Shown piece by piece: positions 50,241 through 63,309 of a stretch of DNA of 64,000 nt. The notes beneath the pieces were generated by a model. It made no database searches and was not told the DNA's origin. It saw only the letters and a list, made by a program, of their open reading frames with translations. The stretch's first letter is position 1; each line of letters begins with the position of its first letter. This DNA is from Ancylonema sp. (taxonomy: Eukaryota), in contig JBFLGF010000089.1 in assembly GCA_050230475.1 (NCBI GenBank), positions 1-64,000 on the forward strand, written 5' to 3'. A program made the position numbers and the translations under genes.

Positions 50241-50621
50241 CACAGTTGAAGCCTTCGGCTTGAAGATACTGGCAAAATTATTTTTTCGGACCGCGGTCGG
50301 ACCGGGTCTGGAGTCGGGACCTAGTCGGACCGGGGATCTTTTGTACTTTTTATTTTCCCCGACAAATTTTGGGGGGAAATGGACAATCCGGGGACATTTG
50401 AAGGTGTACATTTTTGTTATATTTATACACAATGCGCAAGCCGAAACAGTAAACAAATGTGATTTCTCTTAGTTTTTTATCCCGCGGTGAACCTCTCAAA
50501 ATCCCGCAAGAATAACTGAAAATAGCATACCACCGCCGGTCCGGCATTTTGACCTGAAAGGATGGATATCGGTCCGGAATTAAGACCTCGGAACCCCGGT
50601 CCGCCACTCCATTTAACTATA
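50241..50621. mobile_element. hAT-type MITE, family A copy
   Basis: Ends CACAGTT / AACTATA; internal TTTCGGACCGCGGTCGGACCGGG and ACAATGCGCAAGCCGAAAC blocks as in 4971-5329. Confidence 0.7.
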
Positions 50622-51464
50622 GTTATAGTTGCGCCCGATCCGATCAGGAGAATCTCATATCTCGTGAAAACGACGGGCGGGGGCGGGGGGGCTTTGCATG
50701 CAGTGCATACAAAGCCCAAAGGGTATGGTGCATACTATGCACCATATGGTTATAAAACCCGGATGGTTTTTTTTTTAAAGTCCCTCATTGGGCCCTACCT
50801 GGTTGCGGAATCTCTGACCCAAAGCCGCTTTGGACATCGATGGGGCCCCGAATGTGTCTAACTCTTTGCTTGCAGTCATCTTTGTGTAAACAGAGCACCC
50901 ATAGTGGCCATACATAATGACCCGGATTTTTTTTAACGAATTAAAGTAGCCAAGAAACCACCACTTGACCCAACCCGCGCACCCAAAATCCTGAAAAATA
51001 TATATTATCTGGTGACCCACATTATAGAATGACCCACGTATTTTAAAATATAAATTATTTCATTTGACCCGACCCACCCTTTTCAGAATTGTTTGAGGGT
51101 CATTATATGTGGCCAGTACGGTATTACCGCGTCTTATTGTGGTGTGATCAAGGACATTTTAACATAGAAACTGTGCGCCGTCTTTATACGGAAACAATAT
51201 TTGAATAAATTTGAACAATATATTTAACAATAATTGCGATTGTACTAACCACAATTGACAGGGTGCCGTGATTATCTATCCGTACTATCGAATTCACCCC
51301 CCCGTAAATTGTATGGTTGTGAAAAAAAAAAAAAATCGCAGAAAATATGAAAACCCTAAAAATCACCCAGTTCGGTACCGGTTCCATCTCGGAGCCGGTT
51401 CCCAAATGGAGAAACGGCCGATTTGTGCAACTATGGTAGTAGTTATTTAAAGACGCATATTTGA

Positions 51465-54400
51465 CTACACAGGGGGTTTCCAAGATCTATCCCTCCAGTC
51501 CCAATCCCCCCGATAATAATTGTTAGGTAGGCCCAACCAAAACTTAAAAGCTTCTACACTCTTGTTTGCTTTGCGCGCCACCATAGACGTAGACTGTGGG
51601 GGGCCCTCGGCTCTCTCAAAATCTCTTGTAGCAAAATCCTTCCTCCCGTTCCTTAAATCCGAATACAACTCGATGAAGAGTCGTTTGTACTTGAGTCTGT
51701 CCGCTGATATCCCACTCTCCTCCATGCACCTCACAATTTCAAGCGCTCTCTGCAGGTTCAAATGCTGAGTCCGAATGAGACATAACACTTTTGAAGGGCC
51801 GGCTTAGGTTGTTCACACTCCAATAAAATAATATCTACCTCTTTGCATCACAGCAAGTTTGAAGACCGGTGCTGATGTTTTCCTTTTCTAGTTATGATCC
51901 ATCTCCAACTTTCCCAAACAAACAAGTCAACTTGCGTGATTGTATCTATTGAAAAACCCTCAGGCTTTATTGACCTGTATCGATGCACCAATCAGGCCAC
52001 CACTTGCTTCACTTTCTGGTACCTCCTACTCTGCAGCTTGCCCTATTTCTGTTTTTTTATTTGAATCCTCATACCTGGAAGTAACCGGCTCTGACGCACA
52101 CATAGACGAGGTCATCGAGAAGCGCCTCGTCCGCCTCAAACGGCTCCTCCCCCCCCCCCTTCTTCCATCTGGTCGGTCGCTGTGCCTCCACCTGTAGCGC
52201 CAGCTGTCCTGCCTCCACCCTCTCCTTGATCTCCCTCCAAAGAACCAGACACTGTGGGGCGAGGTTGAGGTTGCTGTACCCTCTCACCAAAGTGCCATAG
52301 GTGGGCAGGTTGGGAAGGACACCTGCAGCCTGGGGAAAGAAGGAAGAAACGTATGTTGTCCAGTATGCAAAGTACCTCTTGTCTCTCCCTATGCCCTCTG
52401 AGTGGTTCGGGTTTTGTGATTGAATGACCACCTCGTTAGGCCCCTCGGGTGTATTCAAATATCTGTATGAGACTGTGCAAATACGCACCAAAGCGGAGAA
52501 CTTTGCACAGAACTTTGTCAACCACAAGATCTTGAAGTTAATCTAAAGAGTTAGTGGTCCGATTGCCATCCACTAGTAGCATCTGGGCCTTGATCACATG
52601 CACAGCGTCGGGAGATACAAGTATGAATTCTCACGAGCTCGGCAAACATAGCCTCAAGCTCCAACAGCCTCCTCTGCTTCCATACCCACTGCCATCAGCT
52701 TACCTTCATGTTGCAAAAGGCTGTGTCCGCTTCCTCCATCAGCCCTGCCCTCGCAAAGCTGTTGATTAAACTATTCCAGGCTGGCCGATCCACTCCCACT
52801 CCGGGATCACTTTCCATCTCCTCAAAGACCCTTGCTGCCAGCCATGGCTGCCCGCTCTCTCCAAAAGACTTTATCACATTCGTGTAACTCTGAGCTGAGG
52901 CAGCCAACCCCGCTCTCCTCATCCGTTTGAACCACTCTAAGGCCCCCGCGCTGTCTTCCATACGGATACAGCCGTCGATGAGGATGTTGTAGGTGATGAC
53001 GTCAGCTGCCACGTCAGCCTCACGCATCTCCTTGAAAAGACAGGTGGCGCGGTCCAGTTGCCCATTTCGACAGTAGCCGCTGATGAGGGTGTTGTAAGTC
53101 ACCACATTTGCAGGGATGCGGAGCTCCGTCATCTCCGCGAGAAGCTTCTGAGCAGCTTCCAGGTGGCCTGAGCTGGCGTATGCACCAATGACGGACGTGT
53201 AGGCGACCTCGTTGGGAGGGAACCCGTAGTCGCTCTGCATGCTGTCCAAAAGCTGCGAAGGGGATACACAGCATTCGTTCACTGGACCTGCTGATTCACA
53301 CCAACATTCCTGGTTGGCTCCCTGGTATGCTTCTCAGACATACGGAAACATGAGCAAGGAAACAAAAGCTACACCTACACTGCCCTGTTTCGTGTACCAC
53401 GGCCTTCTATTTTCATCGTTACACATCCGATCTACTATATTCATTTTCAGCTGAACTGCTGAAGAAGAGTGCCGGGATGTGACACTCTGCGAATGCTCTT
53501 TCCAAATCTCGAACAAACCAACATGCTAACAAGGGACTACCCACCGCCCTTCCAATGTCGTCACTATCTACCCTACCTTCCATTCTACGCCCCTGACGTC
53601 CCACTCCTCTTACCATCCTGGCTTTGTGCACTTCCTTCTGCTCCAAGAACCCGTTGATGAGCGTGGTCAGCGTTCGCACCGCAGGCTTGCAGCGGGGTCC
53701 GAGTTTCTGCATCTCTCGCACAACCGCCTCCCCTGCCGGCACGTCTCCCATGCCCACGTATGCGGACACCAAGGTGTTGTATGTCGCCTGGTCTGGCATC
53801 ACTCCCGCTTTCTGCACATCACAAAAATGAGTGCTGCAGGCTTGTGAGGCTTGCCTGCGTCTACGACAAAAGAGCTGGACCGGTGACATAACTGGTGGTT
53901 GACTGATGGAAATGAAAACGAGCTTCCGTGAAAAATGAGCATGCATTCACTTTGTTTGAATGTTCGACCATACAACACTTCCAACCCAACACACTCTTCG
54001 GTTCCATGTCTTTCCCAAGCAGTAATTAGGGTGATGGGGTCCTTTCTACTGCCCATGGGAACGTCATCACCATTCTGGTACACAACACATGATTTTTACA
54101 TGGCAGTCCATTCCAAGTATGTCCATTACAAGTATGGCAGTCCATTCCACGGACCTGCATTTTTCCAATCACTCCACGCATTTTATCGCACTCGCCCTGC
54201 AGGGCGTACCCCTTGACAAGAATGTTGTACGCCATGACGTCAGCAGCCACCCCCAGCTCCGGCATCCTGGGATCCAGCAAGTGCTCCGCTGCTTGCAGAT
54301 CGCCAGCTGTCACTGCTGCATTGATAGCGGCATTGCAGGCGCCTGCATCTGGACGGGAAGCCTGCATTGGAGCAGGAGATGAATTTGTACAAAGTAATAG

Positions 54401-55849
54401 TACCATACAAGCAAGTGATTGCTTGTACCATACAAGCACCTACCCTGCTCCATAGGCTCTATCGACCATGAGTTGTTCAAAAAAGTAAGTATCATGGAGC
54501 AGTTTAGAGGGCTTCAGGGTCCTTGCAGGCGAGGGGACGTAGGTTCACCTGAGACCTCTCCCCATCACACATCTGGTTGAAAAGCTGCAGAGCTCTCCCA
54601 GCAGTCCGAGCGTTTCTGCCCAAGCGAGCCACCACGGAGCTCCATGTGGCGACTCGTGGTTCATACCCGTCCGCCATCATGGCTTGCAGGAGATCCTCTG
54701 ATTGCAAAGGAGGCAACAACGGATATCAAAAGTGGATAGAGAAATACCAACAGCTACTGTCGCCAAGGTGGTGTCAATTACCTGGAGAAGAATTGTCACA
54801 TTGTCCCATGCAACTAAACAAAGATTGGTTACACCCACAACCCCTATCGGTGCTAGTGCATTTTTTCACTTGTGGTGAGTGGTGCGCAAGCAGAAGTTCA
54901 TCTGACATCCGGGCCCACTGCCAAAGAGCACAGTGGACTCTCGCAGGTCATCAATTGTATCCCAAAACGCAAGAGCAAGAAGGCAGCCCACCACTACCAG
55001 ACTGTACCAACCGCTGAATGGCATATATAATGGGGATGGCATGGTACCTGCATCGTCTAGATGACCCTTCCTAAGTGCGCAGTTGACAAGCGTGCCATGC
55101 GCTAATTCGTCTAATCTCAACTTCGATCTATCGGGAAACAGTTGCAACAGATGCCTGGCCGTCGCAAAAGATCCATCTCTACACAAAAGACTAATAAGCC
55201 TCAGAAAGCTCTTCTGATTTGGCAATCTTTTCACAGCTGCAAGGTCTTGTACCATCATCACTGCATCCTTAACTCTTCTGTCACTCAGGGCACACTCAAG
55301 AGCTGCATACAGCTCTTTCTCAACATCCTCCCTGCCACTATTCGTTGCAATCATAACGACTGCCGCAGACCTACTCCTTTCTGTAACTGACATAGATTTG
55401 GGGGGCGCAATGTACAGGTCGTCTCCATGACTCTCTACTGATACTTTGATGTCTACAGATACGCCAACTTCTTCGAATTCAAAATTCACAGGCCGCTGAA
55501 CAGGAAGACTCCTCCGGAGTAACTGCGGTGGAGGACGTGAGGGTTGCGGCGGTGGCAAAGGACGGGGACGAATAATTACCCTCCCTCCCATCCAAGGGCC
55601 CGGCGCCTGACACCTGGCGGGACGTGTATGCCAGCCATATTGATATTCCATCTTCCCAAGATAATCAGGCATCGACGTCTTTACTGCACCATCGTTTCCG
55701 TGCCGACAGCCATCACATGAGTTCCTTGCGTCGGCAGGAGGCGGAGCGTAGTATGGATTGGCAGAGGCGTGAAGAATTTGACATAAAACTGCAGCAGCTT
55801 CCACGATGAATGATTGGGAGCGCTTTGTGGGTTGTACTGTACAGTCCAC
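51465..55849 (-). CDS. HCF152: P-class pentatricopeptide repeat protein, HCF152-like (chloroplast RNA stabilisation/processing)
   Basis: PPR motifs (PNEVAYTSVIGAY, PANVVTYNTLISGYC, ADVITYNILIDGC). HCF152-like segments: EDSAGALEWF, SGQPWLAARVFEEM, LWREIKER, DEALLDDLVYVCVRAGYF and EAFKFWLGLPNNYY. The true start codon is not resolved. Confidence 0.85.
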
Positions 55850-56558
55850 AAAACCATGTGATCAGATGTTCTGGCAACCTGGGCTGAGCGTTCTCTGGCC
55901 GGAGACGTAGCCTGGTCGCCTTCACCAACGAGTCAACGACCGAGAGACGTGTTCACCTCGTGTGCCATTTCGGGGGTAACATCCAATTGGTCGCCACTCG
56001 GCCTAGGGTGGGACCCGCCCGCCAGAATCGGTGGCGGTCGGTGGTCGGCCGCCCGCTGACCGCCATCGAACGTCGCCGACCGCTCCGACCGCCACCCTAC
56101 TGCGATTACGCCACCCGACCGCGATGCCGCCGTCCAGCCGCGACTCCGCCGTCCAGCCGCGGTTCTTTGGCGGTTGAACCGGTCGGAAAGCGGTGGGAAC
56201 AAAGAAAAGAACATGAGGCGTTTCATTATACATAATGGAACACTGAATATATCAATGGTAGGTCCGCATAGGTCATACGAGTATTTTACACTCTCGGTTT
56301 TGGCGGCGTACAAATTTATTTTTACCCATAACTTTTTGTCCGTAAGTGTTATTTACTACAACTTGTAATTTTCAAGATGTTGGAAATGAACATTTATTGT
56401 GCGTGTAGCCTAGCATCCTTTTTTCGTTCTCAGTTTCTCAAGGCGTTATGATGTGCACTCATAAAAATAGCTACGATGGCACCGTAGGCGGCAAAACGTT
56501 GGAAATCCGACCATTGTTTAGAGAAATATTGATTTTAATATTGAACATCAATGCCTTC

Positions 56559-57012
56559 TGTAGGAATATTTGGATAGCCATACCTTATGCTTGCTAGTCC
56601 ACTTGTAACCGGTTACTCTAACCGGGAGCAATATTCCTAGATGTGCTTATATGCGGGGCGAGGCACGATTGTGTCCGGGCACCTGATCTGTTGTCTACAC
56701 TTAGAGTCGTTATTGCTTGACGTGTCTTGATTGGTTTGATCTAGTCATGTCAGGAGTGTCCGGCATGTGCCGTTGACACGTAGATGAGTTGTCACAGGGA
56801 TAGGCCGACGGTCAATTGTACCGACCGTCGGCACACAACGACATGTAAAACGCATCGGGTATTACCATCCCCGATGCGATCACAATAATTAATTCGTTCC
56901 ACACACGCAACTCCTGTCTCGTTGATCATCAGTGATAGTGATAGAGATCCGTACGGTCCGTTTTGTCGCCCACCAAATCTCGTGCACGTCTAATCACTCA
57001 AAAGCCATAAAG
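56559..57012 (+). repeat. 5' LTR
   Basis: Starts TGTAGGAATA; near-identical to 61215-61667. Confidence 0.93.
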
Positions 57013-57025
57013 GTTATGGGCCCAC
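57013..57025 (+). other. Primer-binding site GGTTATGGGCCCA (internal/half initiator tRNA-Met type)
   Basis: Lies directly after the 5' LTR; this motif is the copia-type half-tRNAi(Met) PBS. Confidence 0.8.
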
Positions 57026-60000
57026 GTGCGGTCTAGAGTTTAGACGCCGTGTTGGTTAAAAACTACAGGCTCCACGCGATTCGGTGCAAAGATCTCTGAA
57101 ACGGTATATTCTGCCAGTGAGGGCAAATTTAGCCGTAGTTTGTTAAGTGCTGCACGCAATTTCGACATTGCGTTGCAAGAAATCGAGCTGAGTGCTGCAT
57201 TGCAGGAATTGCCCTGAGAGCTCGAGCTGCGTGAGAATTCTCGTGGAATCCTATACAACTGCTGCCATAATGTCGGATAAATCTCAAACGCAATTTACTG
57301 GAGCAGATTACAGAGGATGGGCCTTCAAGGTCAAGTATGGGTTAGCAGACAAGAAGCTGGTGGTCATGGACTAGGACAGCCTGGTGCGGAGGCGTCGTCC
57401 AGATATTGTTATGCCATTGACCCCAGACAATGAGTTGCAACGGACTGCTATTACTGCTAGAGGGATCGACGTGGATGTCGAGAGAAGGGCAAGGGAGCAG
57501 CAGATTTCCCAGCAGGTGCCACACCTCGAGAAATGGGACGAGGAGAATCTGGTTGCAATGTCATATATTGTGAAACATTTGGGCCCTCGGAGCTGACGCA
57601 CATCCCGGACTGCACGACACCTGCCGGGATGTGGGACGCCCTGAAGACTTTCTACATGGTGCAAGGAGCGATCGAGATCGCTAACACTGAGGCGCTGCTG
57701 AGCGCTTTTATTCAGGCGGAGGCTGAGGACCTCAACGTCTACGTGAAGCGGCTGCAGCAGATCCATCAGGACCTGAAGACTCTGGGTGCGCCTGTGACGC
57801 CGATGAAGCAGGCGATCAACCTGCTGAACTCCCTCAACACTCACTACAGCCCTATGGTTTCGACGCTCATGCCGTGGTCCGGAGTCGTCACCGCACCTTT
57901 TTACGATTCCCCACATCGTCAGTGCGCTGCTGCGCGATGACGTCCGGAAAGAGCTGAATGAGCGGAAGAGGGGGGCGCTGCCAGGAGGTCACCAAGCTAA
58001 CTATGGTGGACCTGGAGGTGGTAGCGGAGTTGGAAGCAGCAGCAGACGTGGTGGTGGGGGTGGAGCTGGTCGCAGAGACGCTGGTGGCGTCGAATGCTAC
58101 AACTGCCACCAATTCGGCCACATCAGGGCAAACTTTCTTCACCAGCCGTTGGCGGAGGCCATGCCGGAGCTTGGAAATGCCACAGGTGCCACCAAGCAGG
58201 CCATAGAGCTGCTCAGTGCCCTGCGGCATCGCCAGCAGCTGCCAATGTCGGACACGCACATCAGGGAAGTTCAGGGGGGGAAATCAAGTGCAGATATTGC
58301 AACAATCTAGGGCATTCAACTGACGAGTGTAGAAAACGAGCATCTGACATGGCATTGATGAACCTAGAGGCTGCTCGAAAGGCTGATGCACGGGCACGAC
58401 TTGCTCGCTTTGCTGACACACCTTTCGATGCTAATGTGGATTATCTTGCTTTCGGTGCATTCTCATTTGATGTTGCTCGAGCTTTGTCTCCTGGTTCTCA
58501 CAAAGAGTATCTTATCCTGGATTCAGGGGCTACTGACCACATCTTCACAGAACGTGACCATTTCGTGGAGTACACCCCGACCTTGAGCACGCAAAGGGCC
58601 TTCATCACCACTACTGACGGCTCGTCACACAAGGTAGGAGGCACGGGTTTCGTGCACATCCAAGTCAGGAACGGCAACACGTTCTTCGTGCAGCCTCTCA
58701 ACTCTATCCACGTCCCTACCTTTGCCTGCACCCTCGTGTCGACATCATGCCTCGTCAAAAGAGGTGGGCTGAGCTTCTTCTTACAGCCACGGGTCCTGAA
58801 TTGAAAAAGGGGAATGTGAAAGGGGCAGATGTAGTGGAACAACCTAGTGGTCTCACTTTGCTAGCTGCTACCATCATCATGCCTGGGACTCACAATACCA
58901 CAGCAAACTTATCCACAGGCATGATCTGGCATCACAAACTGGGGCTTCAACGGTCCAGTAGATCCTGGCTACGCCTGCGTCGCATCATCCAACAACTCCT
59001 CCGAGCCACTCACCCTCAACCATGCCATGAGGAGGCCAGATTAGGACCAGTGGGACAGAGCCATCGTTGAAGAGCTCGCTGCCCTAGAGACGTTCAACAC
59101 CTTTGAGGTGTGTGTTCTTCCTCCGGGTAAAAAGGTTGTGGGGTGTCGATATGTTTTTAAAGTCAAAATAATACCTAAGGGGGATATTGAAAGATATAAA
59201 GTCAGAATGGTCGCACAGGGATTCTTACAACAAGAAGGGATTGATTATAATGAAGTATTTGCACCAGTTATTGACAGTACATCTATCACCTTACCAAACC
59301 ACTTTGACAGGGAACTGGAACAGATGGACGTAATCACAGCGTTCTAGATGGACGTCTGGAAGAAGATATATAAAAGGGGGTGCTGAGGGAAAGGTCTTAC
59401 GACTGAAGGGTGCTTTGTACGGAGTGAAACAGAGTAGCCACGTGTGGCAAGAAATGTTCAAAAAATTCATGATATCTGAAGGGTTTAAACAATGTGTAAT
59501 GGACACTTGCATATACATGAGGGGAGAGGGGGACAGCAGAATCATACTTGGCATTCATGTAGATGATCAGGTGATCACAGGTCCTAACGCAATGGTGGTC
59601 AAAACATTTAAAGGGGACATGGGTAAAAAGTTTAAAGTCAAGGATCTGGGTCCCCTAACCCATATCCTGGGGGTGGAAGTGAAGAGGGACAAACAAAGAA
59701 AACTGCTCACACCTGGGACAGTCAGGATTCTTGAGGGGCGTCCTAGAACGGTACGGAATGCACGAGTGTAATCCAACAAAACTCCCTCTCGCTCTTGGCA
59801 CACAGTTTACGCAAGATGATGAACCAAACCCCTCCCCCCTACCCCTGAAGAAATAACAAACTTTCGAGGAAAAGTGGGATCACTCATTTACGCCATGAAA
59901 CAAACCAGACTGGACATCGCATATGCACTAGGGGTATTGGCTAAACACATGAGTAATCCTGGGGTCGCACATATAAGGGCATTACATCAACTATTCAGAT

Positions 60001-60911
60001 ACCTGAAAGGGACTGTCAACCACGGACTGACGTTTGTGGGAGAAGACAGCTTTGAAGTAAAGGGTTACTGCGATGCATCATGGAACAGCTGCTGAATGAC
60101 AGGAAAGTCAGTCACAGGATGGGTAACCACGGTTGGGGGAACAGCACTGAGTTGAAAGTCACAGAAACAGTCCACAGTTGCACAGAGCACAGCTGTGGCT
60201 GAATATATCGTTGCTTGTAGTGTATCTAAGGAATGCTGCTATCTAAGGTCTCTCTTGAAAAAACTCAAGTTTCCAAACCAAATCACAATCCACACTGATT
60301 CCACATCAGCTCTCTCCATGATCCGGAACACTGTGCAACGACAGAAAGCAAAACATTTAAATGTTGTGTATCACTGGGTACGAGAATGCCACAGCACTGG
60401 GAGACTAAAGTATGTGTACCTTGCAGGGGCAAACCAACCAGCAGATATGCTAACCAAAGCTCTCCCACAGGTTTTACTGGACAGACACAGCAAAAGTCTA
60501 GGTTTTGGACGGTACTGAACTGCTCGGGGTGTCAGTCTTTTATTTTATTTTATTATAGGAGGTTTCGAATGCCATGCTTGTTGGCAGGGGGTGTGTTTTG
60601 TGTTTCTTTCATGCAGAAGTTCATATGGGGAGGGTACAAAACTTCAGCCCATCCAGCTAAGTCACACTCTTACCTTAATACCTCGTAAAGAACACTTAAG
60701 AACACTTAAGGACACTTAAGGACAGATCAGAAAGTGCAGATCTGCTCAAGTTTAAAGTTGTCCGTTTGCGCTGAATTTTAGAACGTATGTTTTCATCAAA
60801 GTTGCAAAACTTGTGTCAAAATTTGGTGCTGATAGGTTTGGTAGTTTTGAAGTCATGCTGTTTTGGAATTTCCTGACTGGAAAGTATAAAATGTTGAAAA
60901 AGTTTGTAAAG

Positions 60912-60942
<31 letters not shown>

Positions 60943-61214
60943 TTATTGAGTTTTTGTTTTTTCGCCTTACTTGTGGTATTTGTTTGTTTGTTCAGGGCTT
61001 TGGCCCGAAAAAAGACTAAGGTGCGGGAGCGATCGGCTGAAACACTTCCGATCGGCTGGTTTGTAGATAGGGCCCCCCTAGCACGCTTGTATGTTAGGGA
61101 AGACCACACTACTTTATAGGCTGTGCAATGGTTCTGCCATGATTTAGCCATAACTAGGGTAGTCCCTTGGATGTCAACATCTATGCCAACTTTAGCATGG
61201 CATCCGAGGGGGTG

Positions 61215-61667
61215 TGTAGGAATAGGAATATTTGGATAGCCATACCTTATGCTTGCTAGTCCACTTGTAACCGGTTACTCTAACCGGGAGCAATATTCCT
61301 AGATGTGCTTATATGCGGGGCGAGGCACGATTGTGTCCGGGCACCTGATCTGTTGTCTACACTTAGAGTCGTTATTGCTTGACGTGTCTTGATTGGTTTG
61401 ATCTAGTCATGTCAGGAGTGTCCGGCATGTGCCGTTGACACGTAGATGAGTTGCAGCGATAGACCGACGGTCAATTGTACCGACCGTCGGCAACAACGAC
61501 ATGTAAAACGCATCGGGTATTACCATCCCGATGCGATCACAATAATTAATTCGTTCCACACACGCAACTCCTGTCTCGTTGATCATCAGTGATAGTGATA
61601 GAGATCCGTACGGTTCGTTTTGTCGCCCACCAAATCTCCTCCACGTCTAATCACTCAAAAGCTTAAA
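61215..61667 (+). repeat. 3' LTR preceded by a short polypurine tract (GAGGGGG)
   Basis: Direct repeat of 56559-57012 with a few substitutions and small indels. Confidence 0.93.
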
Positions 61668-62309
61668 CCTTCCAATTACAATGGGCACAAAAAGTGAATC
61701 CCGGGTTCCCGGGATAAAGGCATCAAACGCTCAAACCCCGATATTAGAAACCTAAAGTTGTTGGGGGAAAAAATATTATAGCGAATATTTATTATACTAT
61801 GTATAAGAAACTTTGTATGAGAGACCTCGCAAAGATGATTCGTATAACGAGGTTTGGACACGTGCATCCATGCCGTCGAATCTATAAGCGTGCGACATTA
61901 TTATTTAGACATGTGGACGTGCACTACTTGAATTGGGAGTATATTGGCACTCGCGTACTGCGCGTAATTAATTAATTTCAGGCGGTTGCGAGGTATTAGG
62001 TGAGAAAATACATATAATTAGTATTTGATTATAATAAGTATTAACATAAAAATATATTTACTAATAAATAATAATTTAGAAGGGTTCTACTTTATATAAG
62101 AAATCCGTAACAGTAAAAACGAATATTTTTGTTTCTTATATCGGAGTTTCTTATGCTTATATTTGGGGAGTTTTACCAAGGAAAAATAATGTTGATATTT
62201 TTTTTATCTTAGCGAGGAGTTTCTTATATCGTTTTTTTTCATATTGGGGTTTTAGTGTAACCATTCACACACGTCCTTCTGGCGTACTAAAACTGTCGAT
62301 TATCCATAC

Positions 62310-62484
62310 CACTCGCCACTTTTGGCGGGTCGGCGGGTGCATCGCGGGTGGGGCGGGTGAATGGCGGGTGGAGGGCGGGTGGGGGGTGGGCGCTATAGCA
62401 CCCCCCAAAGTATTGAGGGTGAGGTGGGTGTCGGACCCGATCGGATCGCGGGTGGATGAGGGTGGCGGGTGGGCCCCAACACTA
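62310..62484 (-). mobile_element. Solo truncated left end of the 20492-22914 hAT family
   Basis: Reverse complement of ~20492-20660, ending in the same TIR ...GGTGGGCCCCAACACTA. Confidence 0.85.
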
Positions 62485-62665
62485 CTCATGCGTTTATGGG
62501 CGCATACCCGTGTTGGTCTCTCCTCCAGTTTAAATGCCGGGTCATAAATAGTTGGGTTGTTGGCGCTCGCGTTTTGAGCTTGTACCGACCGCACTCGAAA
62601 CTAAGCGCACTTAGCGCGCGCCCGCAACCTCAATGGCGGTCTTACCTAAACCCGTAACCCGTGAC

Positions 62666-63309
62666 TAGCGATGTGAAATTACCGATTACACCTTACACTT
62701 ACACTCGTACGTAAAGTGTAACGTAACGTAAAACGTAAAAATACATGTAATTTATACGTTTTACGCATAATCGGTAAGCACAATTGGTAAAATACACGTT
62801 ACAGAGCCAAAATTCCCGGTAAACGTAATATCCGGTAAATTTCAGGCATATGAATTAATAAATATTAATTTATACAATAAATAATAAATATAAATATATA
62901 AATATAAATTTATTTGAAAAAAAAAAAAAAAAAAAACGAAATCAACGAAACGAAAAAACAATCTTTGTCTTTAGTCAGTCACCAAGAATACTAATGTACA
63001 GTGAATGGCTTCAATGGACTCGAACCTCATAGAATATGACGGCTGGCGAAACGTCATTTGTCAATTTAAGGTCGATTTTATCCTCACAATCGTCATTTAC
63101 GGTAAATACGTGCTTAAATATCTTACCTCTAATTACCATTTACCATAAAAAGTAACGAAATTACCGTCAAGTGTAATTTACACATGTCTTACACTTTACA
63201 TTTCGCCTGTCCGTAATTTACAAAACAAAAAGACGTTATTCATACGTTACGCGTAAAAAACGGTAATTACTACAGTCCAACCCAAAAATACCGTAATTTC
63301 ACAACGCTA
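62666..63309. mobile_element. AT-rich hAT MITE with TTACG/CGTAA subterminal motifs
   Basis: TIR TAGCGATGTGAAATTAC / GTAATTTCACAACGCTA (16/17); TSD CCCGTGAC / CCCATGAC (7/8). Confidence 0.85.

Larger units (their letters stand above)
56559..61667 (+). mobile_element. Ty1/copia LTR retrotransposon, degenerate and non-autonomous
   Basis: Two ~455-bp LTRs and a 5-bp TSD CCTTC (56554-56558 and 61668-61672). Gag has CCHC knuckles; protease ILDSGATDH; RT (YKVRMVAQGF, EQMDVITAF, LYGVKQS, IHVDD); RNase H (GYCDASW, AEYI, QPADMLTK). Many stops and frameshifts. Confidence 0.96.

Noticed and set aside
50624..51435. Possible MITE bounded by TATAGTTGC / GCAACTATG
   Set aside because: The ends resemble the family but the flanks give no convincing TSD.
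56004..56099. TAGGGTGG...CCACCCTA mini inverted repeat
   Set aside because: Only an 8-bp match and no TSD; may be a MITE relic but cannot be supported.
60520..61205. Extra (env-like) ORF between RNase H and the 3' LTR
   Set aside because: Only short ORFs, a poly(A) run and a 10-bp tandem repeat; non-coding.
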